This document shows positions 1 through 13,569 of a stretch of 64,000 bases of DNA, in pieces. Origin of the DNA: Phaeosaccion multiseriatum (taxonomy: Eukaryota; Protista; Ochrophyta, other classes); NCBI GenBank assembly GCA_965112735.1, contig OZ218959.1, positions 1,550,001 through 1,614,000 of the forward strand. The letters run 5' to 3'. Made by a program: the position numbers and the translations under genes. The notes under the pieces are model-generated. The model did no database searches. It had not been told where the DNA came from and saw only the letters and a list, made by a program, of their open reading frames with translations. Within the stretch, counting starts at the first letter, position 1. Every line of letters starts with the position of its first letter.

Positions 1-91
1 AGGACGGCAGAGGCATATGAGCAGGAAGAAGCACGTCAGGATGAAGTCTCGGCCAGGTCGACCACGCCTTCCTTCTACAGCAGTTGGTGAT

Positions 92-128
<37 letters not shown>

Positions 129-1017
129 AACGAAACGAAACGAAACGACACAGAACAAGTTGGAACAAGGTGGGGGCAGGAAGGCTGTGGGGTATCATCT
201 CTGCCTAAGCGACTTCCAACCCCAGCCCAACAGATCAAGGGCAGTGAGAGCAGTTTCAGGAAAGAGACACCAAACCCCCCACGCACACCACACGAGCCAA
301 CGCTGCCCCCCACCAACCCACCCTACCCTCCACCCACATCCCACCAACCCACCCACACACCCCTCCCACCCACCCATCCGCACCCCCCTTCCCTGCGGGT
401 GTGTTGGGCCTAGTGTCGATGCCTAAGCTAAGCTACGCTCGACAAAACACAGAGCCACCGTCACAAGACATTCGTCTGGCGATCAAACGAGCCCCCTTTC
501 TTCCCTCCTCGCCGCCCTCCTTCTCCACCTCCTCCATCGATATCGACATCGATATTTGTATCGATACATACGACATTATAGATAGAGGACATGCCTTGAG
601 GTTCCACACACCCTCCCTCCCCCGGACCCTAGCCAGGCCCCTTACCTCTGCTGAGCCACCGCCGCCTCTCTCGCCTTCCTCGGCCCCCAACTTCTCTCTC
701 TTCTCTCTCTCTTCTCTCTCTTCTCGCGCCTTCTGCCACGCCAATCTCCTGTTGTACACAGACAGACACAGGAAAAAACACGAACAAGACAAGTCAGACA
801 CACGGGGAAGGGTGAAGGTGACGGCAAGATGAAGAGAGGGAGACGGAGAAGGTAAGGGGGGGGGAGAGAGAGACAGGTCAATCCATATACTGTGGGAATA
901 CTGTTGAACCGAAGGAAGGGATACTACGCCTAGCTTTAGAAGAGGAGTGACGAGTGATCACCCCATGAACCTCTCACTCCCTCCTCCTCCTCCTCCTCCT
1001 CCTCCTCGCCAACACTC

Positions 1018-4000
1018 ACTTGGCTGCCCTCTTCTCCTCCTTATCCCTAACGATGTCCGCCATGTCCATCTCGAGTTGCAAGCGGAGAGAAGTCTTACCC
1101 TGTGCCAGGCTCTCTGCGTACCTGAAAATGTCACGGCCAGGGTGAGGGGTCAGGGTCAGGGTCAGGGTCAATGTGAGGGTGAGGGTGAGGGTGGAGGTGA
1201 GAGTGGGGATGAGGGTGAGGTTGAAGGTGAGGGTGAGTGTGAGTGTGAGGGTGGGGGTGAAGGTTAGGGTGAGGGTGAGGGTGAAGGTGAAGATTAGGGT
1301 GAGGGTGAGGGTGGGCGTGAGGGTGGGCGTGAGGGTGAGAGTGGGGGTGGGGGTAAGGGTGAGGGTGAGAGTGAGGGTGGGGGTGAAGGTGAGGGTGGGG
1401 GTGAGGATAAGGGCATGAGTGAGGGTCGGGGTGAGGGTGAGGGTCAGGTCGGTCAGGGTAGGATCAAGGTCAGGGTGAGGGGCGGGATCAAGGTCAGAGC
1501 CAAGGCCTGGTATGGGACCTCAAGTTACGTTACCGCATTGCATGTCTTTGCACACACACACCCAACCGCCCATCCACCCATCCACCCACCCACCCACCCA
1601 TTGACCTCCAATCCACCCACCCACTGACTTACTTGTAAATGTGGTACGTCCTGTCGGCGGGGTTGATAAGCAGACTCAGGAACTGCGTCAGCTCATCCAC
1701 ACACCTGCGAAACGAAGCCGAGTTACCAGCCATGACCACACTCGGGGCTGTCTCGGTCATACTCTTTGCTGTCTCGGTCACCGTCGGTGCGGCTGCCTCT
1801 GATCCAACACCCTCCCCGGCCTCGCTCGCCCCGTCTTCCGAAGCAGTGGAGGTGGTAGTGCTAGTAGCAGCAGCGGCATTTCCTTCGGCCTCTGATGCAG
1901 CCCCCTCCCCGGCCTTCGATCCAGCCCCCTCTTCCTCCTCACCAGGACCAGCAGCAGCAGTTGGTGATACAGCAGCACTTCCCTCCGCCTTTGATGAGTC
2001 TGTAGCAGCCCCGTCCTCTGCCTTGGTGTCCGGCCCATTTAGATGCTTCGAGATGATGTATTGTCCATACCACTCCGTCCAAGGTACGCCCGCTTCCAAG
2101 ATCTGCCGTTGGTTGGTTCCCCGTCGGGTGCCATCCAGTGCCATTCGGGTGCCATCCATCGGGTGGTCGACAATGGGGGGGAGAAGCTGTGAGAGATGGC
2201 AACGCATCCACGTAACCGAACCCAAACCACGTCACCCACAACACCCAACCAGCCCACCCACCCACCCTCCTCTACCAACCCACCCAACCCACACACTTCC
2301 ATTCCACCACCACATCCAACTCATCCCAACCGCACCATATCGACTCCATTTCTGGTGTTCGATATTGATCAAGATCACATCAACTGAAAACTGAAAACTG
2401 AAAACCCCACGCACCTGCCGAAAGCCCGCCACCGCGTCGTCTCTATTCTTATACTTATCAATGAAGTCCGCCGGGTCTTTGGCAGCCTCCTTATCCCATC
2501 CTTTTACAAGGTCTGGCCTCCCACCTCCTCCTCCGGATAACGAGTTCACAGCTGGTGGGGGGTGTACCATCGTTGCAATGCGAAGGTCGAGGCCGGTGTC
2601 GGCTACAAGGCGGCTCAGCCCGGACGAGTGGGCGCCCTGTGTGGGTGGGCCACAGCGATGGTTGAAAATGATAAGTGGGTAGGTGGGTTGGTGGGTGGGT
2701 GGGTAACAGATTATTGAAAAGGGTTGGTGGGTTGGTGGGTGGGTGGGCTTGCGGTTGGGTAACAGAGATGGTTGAAAATCGTAGGTCGGTGGGTGGGTGG
2801 GTAAGAGATACGGTTGACCACGGTGGGTAGTATGTGAGTGAGTGGGTGTGGGTGCGTGAGTGAGTGGGTGTGGGTGCGTGAGTGAGTGAGTGAGTGAGTG
2901 AGTGAGTGAGAGAGTGCGTGAGTGAGTGTGTGAGTGTGTGAGTGGCGATTGAGTGAGTGAGGCGTGATTGAGTGAGTGAGTGAGTGAGTGATTGAGTGAG
3001 TGAGTGAGTGAGTGAGTGAGGTGATGAAGAAGGGAGAGGGAGGGAGGGAGGGAGAGAGGGGGGAGCATCGTCCTTCCCAGCCAGCAGTCCCGCCTTCGTC
3101 AAGGAGAGGACCCGCCCGCTCCGCCTCCCCAAGGCTCAACTCAACCCCGCGCCCCCGGGCTGTTCCCTCCCTCCCTCCCTCCCTCCCTCTCTCCCTCCCT
3201 CCCTCCCTCTCTCCCTTCCCTCTCTCCCTCCCTCCCTTCCCTCTCTCCCTCCCTCCCTCTCTCCCTTCCCTCTCTCCCCCCCCAGGCTTACCCTGCAGAG
3301 TCGAGCCGCTGCCTCTTGCCCTGGTTCGTCGGAATCAAGACACAGCACAACCCTACGGAAGGATGGCAACAGAAGCCGCACCAACACCAACAACGAGACG
3401 CAGAGGGCCGGCAGATAGCAGGGCGGAGAGGCGGAGGAGAAGAATCAGACAACAACAGCACTCAAGCCATCCACTGCCATCTACGGCCTCCTCCCCCCCA
3501 CCCCACCCATCCACTACCATCCTCACCTCTTGGAGGGGCACAGCTTGGCCAATTTGTCGAGCTGCTCCATGGTGATGCTCGTGCCCAGGCAGCCCACAAC
3601 GTTAGTCACACCCGCATCGTGCAGAGCGATCACGTCGAAGTAGCCTGCGTGCATTGGGCATGGTTTGGCATTGCATTCAGTGAGCCTTCTATCCCTTCCC
3701 CCCTCCCCTCCTTCCTCTTCGTCCCTCCTTCCTCTTCGTCCCTCCCTGCCTCCCTCCCTCCCTCTCCCTTCCCCCCCCCTCTCTCTCCCTCCCTCCCTCC
3801 CTCCCTCCCTCACCTTCAACCATAACTCCGTAGTCCTGCTTGCGTATGGCGGCCTTGGCAAGGTCAATCCCATACACATTATATCCCTTCTTGTAGATCA
3901 TCGTGTCAGGGGAGTTAATGTACTTTGCAGTCTTCATGACAGGGGGGGGTTGCCCCTTGGGTAAGAGTACGCTAAAGAGTTCTCGGGCACCAAACCCGAT

Positions 4001-5605
4001 GAGTTGTCCATGCTGATCGGAGATGGGCAGAATGAGCCGCCCTCGGAACCGATCCAGCACTTCTGGGGGGCGTCCTGGGTACTTTTTGGTCACCACGAGG
4101 CCGGCAGCGTCCATCACCTCGACGGTGTGGCTCTTGTTGGCGAGGTAGGAGACTACTCGGGTGGTGCCTGGAAGGCAGGGGGAGAGGGGAGGGGAAAGGG
4201 GGGTGGGGAGTGAGAAGGAGGAGGAGAAGGAGGAGGAGGAGGAGGAGGAGGAGGAGGGGAACGCAGTAAAGATAAGAGAAGCGAAAAACCACACGCAAGG
4301 TGTGAGCTTCCCCACCCCATGCCATATGTGAACAGAGCAGCAGAGCCGCAGGCGCGCCACTTCGCCCCCGCCTCTGCTTCCCACGACCACACACGCACAC
4401 AGACACACACGCCACCCACCCACCCACACACACCCACACACACACACCAACACACCTGTTTTGAAGGGTGGTGCGAACCCAAGCTTGAAGGCAGCCGCCG
4501 TCTATGAGTATGGGGGTGAGGAGGAGGGGTGAGGAGGAGGGGGGAGGGGGAGGGGGGCGGTCTGTGAGCACGCACGCACCCGCTCATTTGATGAAACTGG
4601 AATTCAGCGCTCTTGTACGCAGAGACTAGAGAGAAAGAGAGAGAGACAGGATAAGTATGTACGAAGGAGGAAGAAAGTCGGAAGGCACGTAGGTAGGAAG
4701 AAAGTCGGAAGGCACGTAGGTAGGATGAGGTACCGACCTTGGCGGATATCTTCCTCTGCTGTATGTAGGCGCGTGCCTTGCCCGCTTGTGGAAGAGTGCT
4801 GAGGCAGTGCGCGTAGAACACACCTGCTTGCTCGTTCACCTGCACAGCGGGGCCCACAAGAGGAGGAGGAGGAGGAGGAGGAGGAGGAGGAGGTGGAGGG
4901 ATGCGGCGTTGGTATGCAGTGGGGGTGGTGAGGTGTGTCGAGGGGGGCGCACTGTTTACACCGTACGAGGGAGGCTTCACCGGAGTCACAGAGGAGAGCA
5001 GAGACTTGAGAGTTTGGGGGGGGGGGGGGGGTGGCCCATGCAATGCAACGCCGCCGCTGCTGCTGCATCACCAACTGCTGTATAACCAACTGCGGCATCA
5101 CAACCTGTTACATCACCCACTGCTGCTTTCCTTACCGTGTACAGCAGCTTCTTTTCCTCCCTCTTCCTTGCCTCCTCGGCGCTCTCAGCACCAGACTCAG
5201 CGTATTGCAGCTCAACCCCCGCCTCCTCCGCGAGTTGCTCCAGCGCCTCTCTGATGAAGAGGGGGGGGCAGGGCAGTCAGTGGGTAGCGGATGGATGGAT
5301 GGATGGGTGGGTGGATGGGTGGATGGGGAGATGGAGCAGACATGAGTCCATTGTCATCACACTGCATGAGCCTGCCCCGACAGGAGAATTGGCGTGTGTT
5401 TGCCTGCATTCTTTACGAGAAGTAGGGCCTCAGAGGAACAGACGCCCCCCTCACTCACTTACTCCCTCCCTCCTCACTCGCCCACTCCATCCCTCCCCCC
5501 TCCCTCCCTCCCCCACTCACTTGTAGCCTATTCCGTCGATTTCGCTGACAAACTTGATCACGTCCCCGCCCGCCTTACCCACACCAAAAAGAGACAAAAG
5601 AGGAC

Positions 5606-5659
<54 letters not shown>

Positions 5660-5910
5660 GGACGGAGAGGGACGGAGAGGTGAGTGCAGGGTGCCTTTGC
5701 GTCAACAGCAAGCATCCAAGCACTTCGACGGCACTCAGACAAGCAAGCAAGCAAGTGCAGGGGTCCATCATCTACCTTCATCGAATCTCCACCTCCCCTT
5801 TGGCCCCAGTCACTGCACATGTGACATCGCATCTGCCTCTATTATCTTCGCTTCCCCACCAACCCTGCGTCAGGCCACACACACGGCGTTGTGTTGTGCT
5901 GTCACGCCTC

Positions 5911-5943
<33 letters not shown>

Positions 5944-6633
5944 GTGTTTTGTCTGTCTCACTCACCCCGCAGCCGAAGCAGTGGTAGAAGCCCTTACTGT
6001 CTTCGACGGATAAGGAAGGGGACCGGTCGTCGTGAAAGGGACAGCACCCCATCCACGACTAGGAGGAGCAGCAACACCAGAGAGAGAGAAGAGAGAGAGG
6101 ACAGAGAGATATGGAGGTAAAGAGAGGCAGAGAGAGACAGAGAAAGGTAGGTAACGGTGAGCCGGGGGGGGCATGAAGCAGAACCCTCAGTCGAAGTCAG
6201 AGGGTTTTCCTCTCTCTCTCCTGCAAACCACGACTCAATTCCATGCAGTTTGCGATACGAAAAGAACCAAAAAGGCAGAGGTCCCACTGCACTCGAAAGA
6301 GCATTGCGAAACGTTACCAAAGAAAGGAGGAGATGTAAAGGTAAGAGAGGACTGAGGATTGCCACTTTGGTCTGCTTTTTCACTCACCAACCCACTTTGC
6401 TTGAGCTCCACCGTCCTCCCAATAACCTCCTTGATGCTTAAGGCGTCCTTCACCCTCTGCGCGTCCACCTCGAAGCTGGTCAGGAGGCGGAAGTTACCCC
6501 TTCTCCCGCCGCCCGTTCCCGTCTTTATGTTTGCTGTCACAGGGTCTCTGTCCTCCTTGGAAAAATGCGAGGTGCCCTTTGGCTTCTTTTCCGGAGGAGG
6601 GCGTGGGGTCGCAGTCTCGTCTGCACCAGAGGA

Positions 6634-6676
<43 letters not shown>

Positions 6677-7203
6677 TGCTCGCTTCCCTCGGCTGCTGGT
6701 TCTCGATCCGGCACAGGGGGTGCTGCTGCTGCTGTTGCTGCTTGCTGCGAGGTCTCGGACACGCTTGCATCAACGTCTCCGCCGCCGCCGCCGCTGCTGC
6801 TGCTACTGTCCTCCCCGCCTGGCGGTGTTGAGCTCAACAGTATCCTCTTCCCCCTGAATGCCCTGTCGCCAAAAGACCCCGTTGCACCTCCACAGAGGGG
6901 TTGCCGGCGCTCAGGTTGCATGTGGCATGTCTGGCAAACGCTGGAATGACGGGCGTGAGCGTCTACACTGGCTCCCTGTCGTGTACGTCTGCATTGCCCT
7001 CGTGGAAGGACGGGGGAGCCGCTGGTGAAGGCTTCGACGCCCCCGGCCGGTGCGGCTGCAATTGATCGCCCCCTCTTCCGGCTGCTCCCTTTGGTGCTCC
7101 TACCACTGTCATCGTAAAGCGCAGAAGGCGGACTAAGCAGCAACGCCAGCGAGAGGCTCGTGCGCCACAGCCGGGTATGGAGCACCTTTCTCCGCTCCTT
7201 CAT
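1018..7203 (-). CDS. dnaG: Bacterial-type DNA primase DnaG, organelle (probably plastid) targeted, multi-exon; 3' end unresolved and may continue towards or past position 1
   Basis: Exons joined at GT-AG sites: 7203-6388 (presequence with VEAF, then ..VKDALSIKEVIG..); 6058-5966 CHC2 zinc finger (GCCPFHDDRSPSLSV..FYHCFGCG); ~5570-5520 (GGDVIKFVSEIDG); ~5250-5136; ~4841-4738; ~4500-4458; ~4168-3813 (DRFRGRLILPI..IGFGAR..KYINSPDT..KK..YG); 3645-3526 TOPRIM (EGYFDVIALHDAG..GCLGT); ~3350-3291 (LCLDSDEPG); ~2637-2415 (KDPADF); ~2103-1632; small exons near 1120 and 1080-1018. Confidence 0.93.
1139..1500. repeat. Degenerate (TGAGGG/TCAGGG)n hexamer array in a DnaG intron
   Basis: Run of gagggt/cagggt units seen directly. 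Confidence 0.85.
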
Positions 7204-7330
7204 CCTTAACCTGTGTAGGAGAGTTGGTTTGTGGCGGGCGGCTTGCGATCGATCGGCTGGGCCAGGCCAGTTTCAGTTTCCCCGCCCAACCTTCCTGACC
7301 TTCCTGTCCTGCCTGTGTTAAAGATTCACG

Positions 7331-8076
7331 ATGGCGAGCAACGCGGTGAGGGGCAGCCTCAGACGGCGTGCGCTATCGCAAAGCCAGCCTCTGCTACGCC
7401 CGCGGCCAGGTCCGTGTGGTGGTGGTGCGGTGCGAGATGGGGGGAGCTGCTGGTGCCGAAGTGCGTCCTCAGGCGGAGGCTGCTACAATGGAAGCAGATG
7501 GTCGTCTTCTTCGTTGGGGCCGGTGGTCGTTTGCGGAAGACCTGAGGACTTGAGAGAAGCACCAGCACGACAAGGTCATCGTCAAGCTGGCCCCCGGCAG
7601 CTGCAGCCGCAGCGTCGCTCAATGTGTGAGTCACTGGATGTGTGATCGCCGTCTTTAACCCACGGCTCTCTCCCAGGCCCGCCCCTCCTCCTGGGTGCTG
7701 ACCCCTCCCCCTCTCCCCACACTTCTCTCTGCACAGCTTCTCAAATAGTCAAAACCAAGATGTCTCACAAGGAGACGATCGACAACCCAGCGAACGATCT
7801 GCCTGGACTTGCGGGACGTATTGCAAAGTTCGACCGGCGCTTGGGCAGTAAAAGAGACACGGTCAGAGACAATGAGCTGCAGGTGAGAAGAGGGCTTCTT
7901 TGCTCCCCCCCCTCTTCTTCTTGATCTCCACTGTGTCTCTGTTCTTATTAGTGAATCTCAAGCCCCCTCTTAACTCGAGTGCTTGTGTTCTTGCGACTCA
8001 TTGTCTTTCTCTCGGCGCTGGGCCGCCAGATACTGGACAGATTTGCGGAAATCGCAATGACGTTGGACATGGCTTC

Positions 8077-8115
<39 letters not shown>

Positions 8116-9587
8116 CAGCGATGGCAGCAGATTAGAGGGTGAGCTCTTGGAGTCAGTTGGAGTGGGTGCAGAGTCGACGGACAAAGCAGCAGACCAGTCT
8201 CCTATTACTCCTGCTTCTGTGTCTCCACCCTCCTCCTCGGTGTTGGGGGGTGGGGAGGGCAGCAGCAACTTGGCACAGTCAAGTGAAGAACGTCCAGAAA
8301 GTGGAGTCTTTGTGGGAATGAGGACATCTCCAAGCCTGGTGGAGGGTTTCGATCAGCATTGGCATAGCCTTCTCGCGAAAGCCGAGCAAGACACACGCCA
8401 TCAGAAGGACTTCGCTGCCGCCCCTCCTCTCTCACCTTCCTCTCAGGCGCTTCCTCCGAATGCTTCTTCCTCCACTCCGGCCAGCGGCAATGATGCCCCC
8501 CTCGACAGCAGCAGCAGAAATAGCGGTGGTGGTGCCCTGTTGCGGGACGTACTACCCCAGGCGGCGGCGTGGCTCAAGAAGCAGGGCCATCGGCGGGCAG
8601 GGGTGCTGGCGAGGGGCCTGCGTCCCGTTGACATGCACAGCAGAGAGGACTCGCAGGTGGGTATCAAGGGAGGTCTATTCAACTCAAACTCAAACCATGG
8701 TGTTAGTGAATGGCCCAAAGGACCTTCTTCTGTCTGACCATGGAGCACGGAAGTCGATACAAGCTGCCTTGACGAATTCTCTTGTCTGACGAACCGGCCT
8801 CATGCGTGTGTGTGTCTATACATGCGTGTGTGTGTCTCTCTCTCTGTGTGTGTACACACACACGTGCGTTGTGTGTGTGTGTGTGTGTGTGCGTGCGTGT
8901 ATATGTGCCTGTGTGTGTGCACAGGACATTCACGACGCTCTCAAGGCAATGGTTGCGCAACAGCTTACAGAACACCTCCTCGCCGCCCTCAAGCTGGGGC
9001 AGCTTCGGCCCGGCGTAACGGCCGAGGAAGCGCTGACGGCCATCAAGGATGGGGCCCTGGCAGGGGGGGGCTTGGAAGAGAGGCTGGAGGCGCACTTCCG
9101 GCTTTTCGATGAGGTGTGTGTATGTGTGTGTGTGTGTGTGAGGCATCGTTATAATCGGACGCTACCGACCGGATTGGCGCGGAGGAGAAGGGGGCCGGGG
9201 AAGGGGGTTAACGGTTTCGCGTGAGTGTGAGTGTTGGTTTGTGTGTTTGCAGTCACGCGCTTGGTCCTTTCTTCTCTCTCTCCCCCCCCTCTTCCTTCCT
9301 TCCTTCCTTCCTTCCTTCCTTCCTTCCTTTCTCCTCTCCTTCGGTTTGCTGTCGAGAGGAGCATGTCGACATGGCTTGGCTTGCTTGCTTCGTTTAGCTG
9401 AATCTGATTGAAGCCCCGTCCATGAATTAATTCGAATTCTAGGACGACGACGGCTTCTTGACAGAGGCAAGTGTGATGCGCGCAGTGGAGGCTTTGACTG
9501 AGCCCATGCAGAAGGCCGTCCAGGACATGTTTGCCAAGGTTGGCGGGCTGGATAAGAAGCAAGTCAAGGTGAGGGAAAGGGGAGAGC

Positions 9588-9620
<33 letters not shown>

Positions 9621-10846
9621 GAAGGGAGAGTACGAGAGCGAGAGAGAGAGAGAGAGGAAGGGAGATTACGAGAGCGAGAGGGTGGGCGGCAGGGGGTGAA
9701 AGAGGGCGTGCAAGAGAGAGGGGGAGGGGGAGAGATGGTAGAGAAGAGAAGGGTGTCTTTGGCCAGTGGACCACACACACTCAAGCAACCGAACCGACTC
9801 ATTCAATCGCCTCTCTCAACACCTCTAGACCCACCTACACCCCCCCTCTCTCTGTCATTGATCCGCACGCGGGATGGGGTCCTTCGTTTCCTGATGCTCG
9901 GCTATGCTTAACCCCTCCCTCCTTCCCTCCCTCCCTCCCTCCCCTCCTTCGCTCCCTCTCCTCCCTCCGTCCCTCCTCTCCCGTCCCTCCATCCCCTCCC
10001 TCCCTCACCCCCCTTATCTGTCTCTCTCTCTCGTTGATCAGGCCATGTCTAGTGAAATGAAGTACGCCTACTGGGACAACTTGGACGTGCCTGTAAAGGT
10101 TCGCTGCGCCTTTGCATGGGCCCCCGAGCGCCAGCAGAAGGGCCCCGACGAGTGGGGCGTGAGCTTCAAGCAGTTCCAGCCCTCAAGGGAGGAGCACTTT
10201 CCGGTACGTGTGTGCGTGCGTTGAAGGAGGAAAGGAGGAGGGGAGGGAGGGAGGGGACGGAGGGAGGGAGGGAGGGAAGGAGGGAATGTGGGGCAGAACG
10301 AAGCAAGGAGTGTGGTATTACATCCATGGCCGCGTTTGATGTTTTGCACGTGCTGTGGTGGTGTGGTAGTGGACAAGAACTTGGCTCTCGCTTTGAAACT
10401 CTTTGCTATTACAAAAGATTACGTTCAAACTATCTTGGCCCTTGCTTTCAGCCGTTCAATTGGGGCTGACAAATCCTTCCAACAGGGAGCATATCGTCCC
10501 TCCACCAAGCTCAATCTAGATGCCCTGTGTTGCCTCCCTCACTCCCCTCCGTCCGTCCGTCCCTCCCTCACTCCTTCCCTCCCTCCCTGCCTCCCTCCCC
10601 CCCCCCCCCCCCCTCTCTCTCTCCCTCCCTCCCTTCCCATCCCTCCCCTCCCTACCTACCTCCCTCCTCCCTCTCCCCATGCCTCTGTAGGAGCTCTCAA
10701 GCGTGATGAAGCTGTTCATGGAGGAGTACTCGGTCAGGCGCTGGAACCATCACGACATGGGCAAGAGGAAGAAGCGAGCGGCTCTGTACGGGATGGTGCT
10801 GTTCGTGCTCACGGTGGGGGTGGACAACTACCTCCAGTTCATCTGA
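7331..10846 (+). CDS. Hypothetical protein with Arg/Ser-rich presequence, EF-hand-like loop and C-terminal transmembrane anchor (multi-exon)
   Basis: In-frame splicing 7331-7625 / 7737-7882 / ~8030-8657 / ~8925-9113 / ~9443-9568 / ~10042-10203 / ~10691-10846; FRLFDE|DDDGFLT resembles an EF-hand loop; ends LYGMVLFVLTVGVDNYLQFI*. Confidence 0.65.
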
Positions 10847-10851
10847 TCGAC

Positions 10852-10953
10852 CCCTGACACGCTATCCGCTTTCCGCTATCGCCGGCGCGCTATCCGCTAT
10901 CAGCTGGCGCCCGCCGGCGCGCTATCAAGAAAGTGGGCGATAGCGTGTCAGGG
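10852..10953. mobile_element. ~100-bp MITE-like element with perfect 15-bp terminal inverted repeats
   Basis: CCCTGACACGCTATC (10852-10866) ... GATAGCGTGTCAGGG (10939-10953); internal reiterated GCTATC; TCGA one base outside each end. Confidence 0.55.
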
Positions 10954-11895
10954 TTCGAATCTGAGGAAGCTTATATGGCACTTATGGCACGGGTTGTGAA
11001 GGTGGATACGTTCGCTCAACTCATTTCAGGAGGTTACGCGACCTTCAGCTCGTCTGAGGGGGGTGATGAGGGCGGACGTTCTGCTCAACTACTTTTAGAA
11101 TTGAAGTAATACGTATGTTTGTGTCACAGCCAGTCCCGCGGGGGCCACTCACTCGCTCACCTTCCCGCTCACTCTCACTCACCCACCCACACACCCACGC
11201 AAATACTCTCGCGCTCGCACCCTCTCTCTCACTCACATACGCACGCACGCACCCACCCACCCACTCACTCACGTACTTGCCCCCTACTGAGCCATCGCTA
11301 TTGCCGGCGCCAGCCGGTACGGCCGGTACGCTATCAGCTATCCTCGGCCGACTATCCCCCCCGACGACCCCCCCCCTCAGGCCTTTCTTGCGCCTACATA
11401 CATGTCTCCTCCTCTTCCCAGCGCGAACTAGTACTTGTATAATGTAATATTGGGCCCGAAGGACCAATAGTGCTACCATCGGCGATAGCTCAACAGCGCA
11501 TCAGGGGGTGTTGACCGAGACGCAGCACTTCTTCACTCACAACGAGGTCACGCACCTGTTTTTTCCGCTTCCTTTTTCTTTTCCTAAAATAACCGGCTTT
11601 CTCTTTTTCCCCTTCTTTTTCTCTTTCCCTCGCTTCCTTTCTTTTGCACAAAAAGACACCTGCAAAAGGGGGAACAAATCCGAAAAGGGTATAAAGTAGA
11701 AAGTTGTTGCGTGCCAAGCCTGCAGACAAGCAGAGACGCCTGTCCACCTCTAGGTACAAACCAAATCTGAGCAGCATCAGCGCAGCAGCAGGGGGGGAGC
11801 TGCAGGAGCGAAAAGCAGGTGGTGGGAGGGGATGAGAGATGAGAGGGAGGAGGGTGTGCAATGACCCAGGGGACTAAGAAGCAGAAGGGGTTTCG

Positions 11896-11923
11896 ATGCA
11901 GCGGCAGGACGAACAGCAGCGGC

Positions 11924-11974
<51 letters not shown>

Positions 11975-13236
11975 TGCCCCGCGACCTTCCCGCTGCTGCT
12001 TCTCCTCCAGTGTTGCATGTGGAAGCGTACCTCGACGTGATCTGCCCCTTCTGCTTCTTAACCATGGTGAGTGGGGGTGCTGGGACCTTTGGCGTGCACG
12101 TGGCGCGCCTCACTCCCTTCCCCCCCCCTTCTCTCTCTCCATCTCTCCCCGGTGACTCCTCCGTCTCCCTCAGCGCATACTGGAGCACGTCATGGCCGAG
12201 TTTCAGGGCGAAGCGGAGTTTAGAGTGAGTTGGAGGCCCTGGATGATCGCGGCAGATGTGCAGGCAGGGGGTATATCTATGGCAGACTTCGTGGAGCACA
12301 AGTGAGTGAACTCTCTATGGGGGGCTGCAGGGTCAGCCAACACATAGGCCCTTTCCCCTTGCGGGTGGTGCGTAGTCCACGTCTTTTCGGTTGGGCCTGG
12401 AAGGCCTTGTTCCGGAGCTTCCGGTTTTTCACCACAGCGCCGCGGACGATTCACATGCATTCCTCTCCTCTCTCTTCCACCCCACGCACTACTGCACCCA
12501 CCGCCCCCTCAGATACGGCGAGAGAGGACGGCGCCTGTTGGAAGAGCTTCAGAGCAAGAAGGAATCGCCCCTCCACTCGGCCGCTCTGGACGCCGGCGTC
12601 TCCCCGCGGGTGGTCTCCGGGGGCCGGATACACAACACAACTCTCGCGCACCGCTTGTTGGTAGAGGCGGGGGCACAGGGGGGTGCCGAGGTGCAGCACC
12701 GTTGTGGCATGCGGCTGATGGAGGGTCACTTTGAACGCGGCCTGGATCTCGAAGACTTGGCTGTACTCGATGACATTGGGCGCCAAGCTGGGGTGGCCGA
12801 TGTGCGTACCATCTTATCCCGAACTGGTGATTCAGAGACCAAGCCAAAGCAAGGCAGTAGCGGAAGCAGCAGCAGCGGCGGCGGCGGCGGCGCAAGTGGT
12901 GGTGCTGAGGATGATGGTGTTGCCCCCGTGGACATTGCCGCGATGATAGCAGTGGCCAAGTCTCAGCTCGGAGTCCGCGCAGCCCCGCACATTACGCTGC
13001 ACCGGCCCCTCATGCCCCCCATTCGGCACACGCTCATCGGCGCACAACCACCGGCTGCCATCCGGCATTATATCCAGAGCCTGCTCACAGGCACGGCGCC
13101 GAGGCAAGTTGCCGCAATGGGAAAGCTCAAAAGGGAGTTTGAAGGAGGAAGTAGTAGGAGTTGTAGCACCAGCCCTCCTGCTGCTGCTGAGGCTACTCCT
13201 GGTGAGGCGACTGCTCCTGCCAGTGGGCCAAAGGGT

Positions 13237-13277
<41 letters not shown>

Positions 13278-13527
13278 GAGAAGCAGCAGCGGCAAGCATG
13301 TAGCCTACTCCTCCAGCGAGCAGTCCGCGTGGGCAGGAGGGCCAGGGGCGGGAGAGTCAGCACCGAAACCGAGACAACACGACGCGACTTCAGGCCCCCG
13401 GGGCCCACGTCAGCACGACACATGGCAGGACGCGGAACAGCGCCACCATTACCCTTACCAGCGGCATCAGCAACAGAGTCTTGAGCAACCCTACAGCTAC
13501 CACCAACACATGTACTACCACCACCAC

Positions 13528-13569
<42 letters not shown>

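Noticed and set aside
1018-7203. Bacterial contamination or recent HGT suggested by dnaG (also the CobW and FrnE genes)
   Set aside because: These genes carry spliceosomal introns and host-type microsatellites
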